A stretch of 64,000 nt of DNA, taken from NCBI RefSeq assembly GCF_024502345.1, contig NZ_JALDNN010000001.1. One strand, 5' to 3'. Shown here in pieces: positions 57,310 to 64,000 of this stretch. This DNA comes from Escherichia coli (GTDB taxonomy: Bacteria > Pseudomonadota > Gammaproteobacteria > Enterobacterales > Enterobacteriaceae). The notes beneath the pieces are model-generated. The model was not told the origin of the DNA and did not search any database. It saw only the letters and a program-made list of their open reading frames with translations. A program made the translations under genes and the position numbers. Each line of letters starts with the position of its first letter. Positions within the stretch are counted from its first letter, which is position 1.

Positions 57310-58299
57310 TCAGCGCCAAAGGCCGCCGGTGCGCCAGCGTGGCGGACGTGGTGATACGGTCACCTCGGGGACGAAACGGGCCGATGGAAACGGCGGCATC
57401 GCGGGCGGCGGAGCAAGTTCCAGCAAGCGCTCAATGCGTTCAGCCGTCGCCGGATGCGTGCGCAACCAGGAGGGTTCCGGATTGCCCCATCCGGGCAGCA
57501 GCCAGGCGCGCCAGGAGCGGCTCACCCGCTCGATCTTGGCGAGCGCCGAGGCCAGCCCGTGCGGGTCGCCGGTCAATTCGGCAGCGAGCCGGTCGGCGTC
57601 GAATTCGCGCACCCTGGACAAGCCCAACTGAGCCAGCAAGGCCAGCTGTGGCGCGACCGCCAGTAGAAGCAACGCGGGCCAATTGACTTCCGCGACTCCA
57701 AGCAGCAGCGCTGGCAAGCTGAGCACGATCGCAAGCTGCCCCAGCAGGGCCAGCAGATGGGTCAGCCGGCTGATGGAATCGGCCAGGCCCATGACACGCA
57801 AATCCTCGTTCGCAATATGCGCGATTTCGTGGCCGAGCACGCCGGTCAACTCGCGGGGCGTGAGGCTACGCAGCAGGCCGTCGGTCAGCGCGATGGCCGC
57901 GTGATGCTTCGAACCGGTGGCGAAGGCGTTGACGACCCCGCTGGGCACGTAGTGCGGTACCGGCACGGCAGGCAGCCCGGCCCGCGCCGCCAGTTCGCGC
58001 AACACAGCCCAAAGATCGGGCGCTTCATCCGGGTACAGGGGGCGTGCGCCATACAGCCGCAAGGTCAGTCCGGAGGCGGCCGCCGGTTCGAGCAGCAGGG
58101 TGAACCCCGCGGCCGCAAGCGCCAGCCACAGCCCGCCGTCACCCAACAGCAGGCTGCCAGCGACGGCGGCAATCCCGAGCAGGGTCAGCACCAACAGCGC
58201 GGTTTGCAGGCGATTGAGCCAGCGATGCCGCGCGCCGACATCCTGCGCGTGGCGCAGATCACGACTGATCATCTGAGCGTTCCCCGGCGGTCCGGTCAT
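57310..58299 (-). CDS. M48-family zinc metalloprotease (HtpX-like)
   Basis: HEIAH zinc-binding motif in GHEIAHIANED; TM segments. Confidence 0.75.
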   Translation of the reverse strand: MTGPPGNAQMISRDLRHAQDVGARHRWLNRLQTALLVLTLLGIAAVAGSLLLGDGGLWLALAAAGFTLLLEPAAASGLTLRLYGARPLYPDEAPDLWAVLRELAARAGLPAVPVPHYVPSGVVNAFATGSKHHAAIALTDGLLRSLTPRELTGVLGHEIAHIANEDLRVMGLADSISRLTHLLALLGQLAIVLSLPALLLGVAEVNWPALLLLAVAPQLALLAQLGLSRVREFDADRLAAELTGDPHGLASALAKIERVSRSWRAWLLPGWGNPEPSWLRTHPATAERIERLLELAPPPAMPPFPSARFVPEVTVSPRPPRWRTGGLWR

Positions 58300-58762
58300 C
58301 GCGCTCGCGCAGCAGCCAGTAAGTCACCCCGAGCGCCAGCGTAGCACCTGCGAGCGCGGCGATCTTGCCGGGGCTCGCCTCGGGGTCGAGGATCACGAAC
58401 TTGCGCGCCAGCGCGATCAGGCCGATGAGGATCACCGTCTTGACCTGGATGATGCTGTCCCGACGCAGCGCCACGCGCACGATGGAATGCTTGAATTCCA
58501 TGGCGATGAGCAGCGTCATGATCATGGCGAACACGGTCTGGAAGACCTTGTGATCAAGCGGATTGAACGCGTCGAGGATCAGCAGCGTGAAGACAATGGA
58601 CATGAGCTGGAGCAGCGACACCACGATGATCACGGCGATCACCGCAGACAGCACGAGCGCGATGACCTGCTCGAAGCGCTCGTAGAACGTCATCACGGCC
58701 CATTGGGCGCGAAAAGTTTTCGTCAGCGTAGGTTGCTTTTCATTCATCGCCATTTCCCTCAA
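58259..58762 (-). CDS. PsiE-like phosphate-starvation-inducible membrane protein (start uncertain)
   Basis: Small polytopic membrane protein resembling PsiE. Confidence 0.55.
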   Translation of the reverse strand: MREMAMNEKQPTLTKTFRAQWAVMTFYERFEQVIALVLSAVIAVIIVVSLLQLMSIVFTLLILDAFNPLDHKVFQTVFAMIMTLLIAMEFKHSIVRVALRRDSIIQVKTVILIGLIALARKFVILDPEASPGKIAALAGATLALGVTYWLLRERDDRTAGERSDDQS

Positions 58763-59610
58763 TTTACATTGGCAACCATAACTTGGTTGCGCCCTTGTCT
58801 TTTTGCCTGGTAGAGCGCGCTGTCCGCCTGCTGCATCACCTGCTCGGAAGAGTTTAAGCGGACGTCGAGGGGAGCCACCCCCATGCTGGCGCTATAGCTG
58901 ATCGACACCTCTCCACACACCAGCGCTGTCGCCGCAACGTCCTGACGAAATCGCTCCGCCCATACTTGGGCGTCTTCTATCGATGCCGCTTCCAACAACA
59001 CAGCGAATTCCTCCCCCCCCCCAATCCGTGCAGCCATGTCGGTTGCGCGAACATGTTCCCTCAACCGTGAAGCAAAGTGCTTGAGCACCTCATCGCCGCA
59101 TCCGTGCCCATAGGTATCATTGATGCGCTTGAAGTGATCGATATCGCAGAGCACAAGTGCTGCTTGTATCTCCGGGCTGCGTTTGAGGCGCGCCCATTCC
59201 AGCTGTAATCGTTCGTTAAAAGCCCGCCGGTTCGACAAGCCGGTCAAGGGGTCGGTGATCGCCATGCGCAGCAACCGCTGCTCCATTTCCTTGCGAGAAG
59301 AGATGTCGAGCAGAGTGCCCACCATCAATTGCCTGCCCGTGTCACCCAGCCAACGACCGCGATCCAGCACCCAAATCCAAACGCCGGATCGATGACGAAC
59401 GCGGTACTCGCACTCCAATCGCTCCGACGGATTTTCTTGGTAAGCGCGCACCTTTGCCAGAACGACCGGTAAATCCTCCGGATGAATACGCGCTTGCCAT
59501 GCGGCATGGGTGGCGCCAATCTCCTCGTCGGAGGTCAAGCCGAACATCGCCAGACTGCGGGCAGAAAGCCTGAAGCTGTCGGTGGCAAGATCCCACTCCC
59601 AGAATCCCAA
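58759..59610 (-). CDS. PAS-GGDEF diguanylate cyclase
   Basis: GGEEF active-site motif (RIGGGEEF) and N-terminal PAS-like region. Confidence 0.8.
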   Translation of the reverse strand: MGFWEWDLATDSFRLSARSLAMFGLTSDEEIGATHAAWQARIHPEDLPVVLAKVRAYQENPSERLECEYRVRHRSGVWIWVLDRGRWLGDTGRQLMVGTLLDISSRKEMEQRLLRMAITDPLTGLSNRRAFNERLQLEWARLKRSPEIQAALVLCDIDHFKRINDTYGHGCGDEVLKHFASRLREHVRATDMAARIGGGEEFAVLLEAASIEDAQVWAERFRQDVAATALVCGEVSISYSASMGVAPLDVRLNSSEQVMQQADSALYQAKRQGRNQVMVANVN

Positions 59611-59779
59611 CTCTGCGCCTTCCAGGGCGATGGCGATCCGTTCGTTGTCGTCGATTTTCGCTTGTTGGCGATGCTTCAGCTCGTCACGCCTGTGGCGATT
59701 GGTACGAGCAAAACGCCATAACGCAACCCCATGCCAACATTGGCAAGTAGCGACACCATCAGCCAGATGGTCGGCCCGT

Positions 59780-61498
59780 TCATGGTCTATCCCCGCCTGA
59801 CTGACTGAGTGCCTGCCGTAATTCCTCGATCCGGTGGTCGACTTGGTCGGCGTTGATGCCCAACATCAACAGTACCTGCTCGGCCAGTCCCAGTCCCGCA
59901 GCCAGGTACAACGGGTACAGTCTGACATTGGGCAGATTACGCAAAAGCTGGGCATCCGTTACGCGCTCAGTGGCCACCACCACGGACAAGCTCAGGCGGC
60001 GGTCGAGAACCGCCTGAGCGATACGCAGGGCCGTCTGCGGACGGGCAAACGTCAGCACCACCAGGCGGGCATGGGCCAATCCGGCGGCGGCCAGGGTGTC
60101 GAGCCGACTGGCATCGCCATACGACACCGGCGCCCCCATAGCACGCCCCGCTTCGACCCGTTGGCGGTCCGATTCCAGCAGCAAATGCGGTATGCCTGCC
60201 AGGCGCAGCGTTCGGCTCAGCAGCAGCCCGACGTCATCCGCCCCACAGATGATCACATGGTCGCGCAACGACCGCGCCCGCTCGGCGACTTCGCCTTCTT
60301 CGGCCTGCGGTGGCTGACCGAGTGCGCCCGAGCGGCTGAAAGCCCGCGCCCATCGGTCATGGTGTCGGATCAGGAGCGGTGCCAACCCCATGCTCAACAC
60401 CAGCGCCACCAGCATCGGTTGCACCATGGTGGCGGCGATCAGGTGCTGCTGCATGACCATGCCCAGGAGCAGCAGCGCAAACTCGCCGCCATGACCCAGC
60501 ACGATGCCTGCGCGCCAGGCGTCGAGCGCCGACAGGCGGGTTGCGCGCAGCGCCAGAAAGTTCAGCCCCATCTTGAGAGGCACCAAGGCCAACAGCCAAC
60601 CCAGTACCGCCAGCGGTGCGGCCACGATCTGCGCGGTGTCCAGCTGCAGGCCAATGGTCACGAAGAACAGGCCCGACAGCACATCACGAAAGGGCTTGAG
60701 GTGGCTTTCCATGTGGTGCCGGAAGTCGCTCTCGCCCAGGACCATGCCGGCGAGAAAGGCCCCCAGGGCGGCGGATACGCCGACGGCGTGTGCAGCAGCG
60801 GCTGCCGCCACGACCACGCACAAGGAGACCAGCACGAAGGATTCTTCGTGGCCCTGCCGCGCCACCCAGCCCAGCAGGCCATGCAACAGACGACGCGAGG
60901 CAACCGCCGCTGCCGCGAACAACACCAGCACGCCCAACACTTCGAGCAGCACGCTCTCGATCTTCGGCGAGTCGCCGCGCGCCCAGATCGCCAGCAGGGC
61001 CAGCAGGGGCACGCTGGCCAGGTCCTGAAAGACCAGCACGGCGATGGCACTGCGGCCGTGGCGGGTGGTGAGCTCGCCTTGGTCGGCCAGCTGTCGGCTG
61101 ACCAGCGCCGTGGACGACATGGCCGCTGCGGCGCCGAGCAGTGCAGCGCTCTGAGCTGGCTGACCCAACCCGATCAGCACCAGGGTCAGTGGCGCGGCCA
61201 CGACGACCATCTGCAAGCTGCCGGACGCCAGTACGGTCTTGCGAGTGAGCCAGAAGTGCCCCAGCGAGAATTCCAGTCCGACCATGAACAGCAGCAGGGC
61301 CACACCCAGTTCGGATATGAAAGTCAACGCCTCTCCCGGCGCGATCACACCGCTGACCGAGGGGCCCAGCAAGGCGCCGACGGCGAGGTAACCCAGCAAG
61401 GCGGGTACTCTGAACGCCGCCGTCGCCACCACCGAGAGGCTGCACGCCGCCAGCAGGATCAGGGTAGTGCCGAGCAAATCCTGCGGATTCCACGCCAT
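59780..61498 (-). CDS. CPA2-family monovalent cation:proton antiporter with C-terminal RCK/TrkA-N domain (KefB/KefC-like)
   Basis: 12-TM N-terminal domain plus Rossmann-like ...VIICGADDVG... Confidence 0.8.
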   Translation of the reverse strand: MAWNPQDLLGTTLILLAACSLSVVATAAFRVPALLGYLAVGALLGPSVSGVIAPGEALTFISELGVALLLFMVGLEFSLGHFWLTRKTVLASGSLQMVVVAAPLTLVLIGLGQPAQSAALLGAAAAMSSTALVSRQLADQGELTTRHGRSAIAVLVFQDLASVPLLALLAIWARGDSPKIESVLLEVLGVLVLFAAAAVASRRLLHGLLGWVARQGHEESFVLVSLCVVVAAAAAAHAVGVSAALGAFLAGMVLGESDFRHHMESHLKPFRDVLSGLFFVTIGLQLDTAQIVAAPLAVLGWLLALVPLKMGLNFLALRATRLSALDAWRAGIVLGHGGEFALLLLGMVMQQHLIAATMVQPMLVALVLSMGLAPLLIRHHDRWARAFSRSGALGQPPQAEEGEVAERARSLRDHVIICGADDVGLLLSRTLRLAGIPHLLLESDRQRVEAGRAMGAPVSYGDASRLDTLAAAGLAHARLVVLTFARPQTALRIAQAVLDRRLSLSVVVATERVTDAQLLRNLPNVRLYPLYLAAGLGLAEQVLLMLGINADQVDHRIEELRQALSQSGGDRP

Positions 61499-61586
61499 TC
61501 GGACACTCAGCCCACGCTGATCCGGACACCTGTTCCACGGCCATTCGGACAGGCAGTCGGAGCGCAGCGACGCAGGGGTTGCATTG

Positions 61587-62342
61587 TTAGTCTGAGGTGC
61601 CCGGTGTCGTCAATTTCTTCACCCGCTTTCTCATCGATTCGCCCTTGAGGTTGATCCGATAAGCGTTGTGCACCAGGCGGTCGAGGATGGCATCGGCCAG
61701 GGTTGGATCGCCGATCAGTTCGTGCCAGTTGTCCACGGGCATTTGGCTGGTCACGAGGGTCGAGCGCTGGCCGTAGCGGTCGTCCAGTAGCTCCAGCATG
61801 TCGCGGCGCTGTTCGGCGGTGAACGGCGCCAGGCCCCAGTCGTCGAGGATCAGCAGGTCGGTCTTGGCGTAGCTGCTCATCAGCTTGGCGAAGCGCCCGT
61901 CGCCGTGGGCTAGGCCCAACTCTTCCAACAGGCGCGGCAAGCGCAGGTAACGCACGCTGTAGCCCTCTCGGCAGGCCTGGTGTGCCAGGGCGCAGGCCAG
62001 CCAGGTTTTACCCACGCCAGTCGGACCGTTGATGATCAGGTTGAGTCCGTCGCGCAGCCACTGGCCGCTACCCAGTTGCAGGATCAAGCCCTTGTCCAGC
62101 CCGCGCGGGGCACGGTAGTCGATGTCTTCGAGGCAGGCGCTGTGCTTGAGCCGGGCCTGGCGCAGGCGGCTGCTGAGGCGCTTGTCGTCGCGTTCGGTCA
62201 GTTCGCGGTCGACCAGCAGGCCGAGGCGTTCCACGAAGCTCAAGCTGTCGATGTCCGGGGTTTTCAGTTGCTCGGCGAGTGCCTTGAGCATGCCGGTCAG
62301 GCGCAGGGTCTGGAGCTTGTCCAGGGTCGGATGGGGCAGCAT
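61587..62342 (-). CDS. istB: IS21-family helper ATPase IstB
   Basis: Walker A NGPTGVGKT; start taken at MLPHPTLDKL. Confidence 0.85.
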   Translation of the reverse strand: MLPHPTLDKLQTLRLTGMLKALAEQLKTPDIDSLSFVERLGLLVDRELTERDDKRLSSRLRQARLKHSACLEDIDYRAPRGLDKGLILQLGSGQWLRDGLNLIINGPTGVGKTWLACALAHQACREGYSVRYLRLPRLLEELGLAHGDGRFAKLMSSYAKTDLLILDDWGLAPFTAEQRRDMLELLDDRYGQRSTLVTSQMPVDNWHELIGDPTLADAILDRLVHNAYRINLKGESMRKRVKKLTTPGTSD

Positions 62343-62359
62343 GGTGGGATTCCTTGTGT

Positions 62360-63889
62360 TTAGTGGTAGTAGCCGGGGCCGCGCAGGTTGGCGTGGTCGT
62401 CCGGCAGCAGGGGCAGGTGCTGCTGGGCCAGCGGCAGATTTTCCAGCCCCTGGCGCAGGATCGATTCGAGGCTCTTGTAGCTGCACGCACCGAGGCTGAG
62501 GGCGCGACGGCAGGCCAACTCCAAGCACACTTCGCCATGGGTCTTGCCCAGGCGCAGGATGCCCAGGCAGGCCCGGTAGCCTTGGGTTGGGTGGATGCGC
62601 CGTTCGAGGATGTGGCTGATCACGCCGGCCGTGTTCGGCCCGGTCTGCTCAGCCCAGCGGATCAGCCGTTGTGGCGTCCACTCGGCGTGCTCGCGATGGC
62701 TCTTGGGCATGTGCTCGGCCTGTGTGCTGTGCCGGCCCTTGTGCGGTGAGCGAAGGTGGCTGGCCACCCGCTGATTGGCGTGGAAGCACTCCACCGTGCG
62801 CGCTGTCAGGCGTACTTCCAGTTGTTTCTTCACCAGTTGGTACGGCACCGAGTAGTAGTGCCCATCGACCTCGACGTGGTAGTCGATGTGCACCCGCGCC
62901 TTCTTCCACTCGGCATAGACGTAGGGCTGCTCCGGCAGTGGGCGCAGCGCTGGACGATCCAGGGCTTCGAAGGCCGAGTGCCGGGAGCCCGGCAGCTTGC
63001 GAAACGGTCGTCGGTTGAGCCGCTCCAGCAATAAGGCGATGGCGCTGTTGAGTTCGTCCAGGGAGAAGAACTGGCGGTTCCTCAGCGCGGCGAGGATCCA
63101 GCGCTCGACCACCTGCACGCCGACCTCGGCCTTAGCCTTGTCGCGCGGCTTACGCGCCCGCGCCGGCACCACCGCCACGCCATAGTGCTCGGCCAGATCG
63201 CGGTAGCTCGGGTTGATGTCCGGCTCGTAGCGATGGCTCTTACTCACCGCGCTTCGCAGGTTGTCCGGCACCACGATCTCCGGCACACCGCCGAGAAAGG
63301 AGAAGCAGCGGGCATGTGAGCCCAGCCAGTCAGGTAACTGCTGCGACCAGGTGGCTTCGGCGAAGGTGTAGCTGGATGCACCAAGCACCGCGACGAACAC
63401 CTGCGCCTGGCGGATCTCGCCGCTGTGGCGGTCGATCACCGGCACCGTCTGCCCGGCGTAGTCGACGAACAACTTCTCGCCAACGCGATGTTCCTGGCGC
63501 ATCACCACGTCCAGCTTGCCCTGCCAGGCTCGGTAGTGCTCGCAGAACCAGCTGTACTGAAAGCCTTTCGGCTGGCTCAGGCGATACTCCTGCCAGAGCA
63601 GCGCCAAGGTCACGCCCGGCCGGCGTAGCTCGGCGTGGATCATGGCCCAATCGGGCAGCGGTCGTTGCTCGGAGGGTACCGCCGCCGGTGGCGGGAACAG
63701 CTGCTGCTCCAACTCCGCATCGGACAACGAACAGGGCCAACTGAGGCCGCTGGCGGCAAAGCGACAGAGGTAATCACCGGCACTGCTGTGGCCTATGCCC
63801 AGACTGCGGGAGATCTTACGGACAGACAGCCCGCAATCGAACTTGAGGCGCAACACCTCACGGATTTTACGCATGGACAAACGCTCCAC
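62360..63889 (-). CDS. istA: IS21-family transposase IstA
   Basis: N-terminal HTH then DDE integrase core; sits directly upstream of istB. Confidence 0.85.
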   Translation of the reverse strand: MERLSMRKIREVLRLKFDCGLSVRKISRSLGIGHSSAGDYLCRFAASGLSWPCSLSDAELEQQLFPPPAAVPSEQRPLPDWAMIHAELRRPGVTLALLWQEYRLSQPKGFQYSWFCEHYRAWQGKLDVVMRQEHRVGEKLFVDYAGQTVPVIDRHSGEIRQAQVFVAVLGASSYTFAEATWSQQLPDWLGSHARCFSFLGGVPEIVVPDNLRSAVSKSHRYEPDINPSYRDLAEHYGVAVVPARARKPRDKAKAEVGVQVVERWILAALRNRQFFSLDELNSAIALLLERLNRRPFRKLPGSRHSAFEALDRPALRPLPEQPYVYAEWKKARVHIDYHVEVDGHYYSVPYQLVKKQLEVRLTARTVECFHANQRVASHLRSPHKGRHSTQAEHMPKSHREHAEWTPQRLIRWAEQTGPNTAGVISHILERRIHPTQGYRACLGILRLGKTHGEVCLELACRRALSLGACSYKSLESILRQGLENLPLAQQHLPLLPDDHANLRGPGYYH

Positions 63890-64000
63890 GACGACCTCTC
63901 TGCTTCGAAAAAGAGGTCGATGGTAGTGAATAAATCCTGCGTAGCTGCCTGCCTGGAAAGTGTCCGGATGGCCGTGGAATCGGTGTCCGGATGCTCGTGG

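Larger units (their letters stand above)
61500..64000 (-). mobile_element. IS21-family element (istA-istB); ends not resolved and may extend past the window edge
   Basis: Canonical istA-istB gene pair in high-GC DNA. Confidence 0.6.

Noticed and set aside
56179-63744. Many long ORFs on both strands in the high-GC block (for example 59834..61648, 604 aa; 60684..61544; 56346..57038; 57039..57686; 63316..63744)
   Set aside because: High GC depletes stop codons; these overlap the convincingly conserved minus-strand genes and translate to low-complexity Arg/Ala/Pro/Gly-rich sequence.

Overview
Enterobacterial (E. coli-like) chromosome segment, reverse-oriented relative to the K-12 thrW–yafV region, with three parts. 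(1) 1–26.98 kb is an accessory island abutting tRNA-Thr (thrW) with a P4-type integrase. It carries a CP4-57-like backbone (YfjP-like GTPase, alpA-like, YfjJ-like) and three defence-like cargo modules: a WYL regulator heading a 3-gene operon of Gly-zipper membrane proteins (the best candidate for an undescribed system), a DSR-like SIR2 protein, and an AT-rich 3-gene operon with Zn-finger, PD-(D/E)xK-like and HEPN-like proteins. The island is riddled with IS elements: IS5, an IS110-family element, IS3, and identical IS903-group copies, each with its own target-site duplication. (2) 27–49 kb is conserved core: proA, proB, phoE, crl, frsA, gpt, pepD, prfH'/ykfJ', yafP, dinB, the Flag-2 scar (lafU'/lfhA'), rayT with REPs, yafL, dinJ-yafQ, yafK, yafJ, gmhA, fadE, ivy, yafV. 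(3) 49–56 kb holds H-repeat remnants and an orphan Tle1-like lipase locus hit by a third IS903 copy, followed from about 56.05 kb by a high-GC block (HtrA-like and M48 proteases, PsiE, PAS-GGDEF, CPA2 antiporter, IS21 istAB) that looks foreign or chimeric. All calls rest on reading the ORF translations and the sequence by eye; no database search was run.
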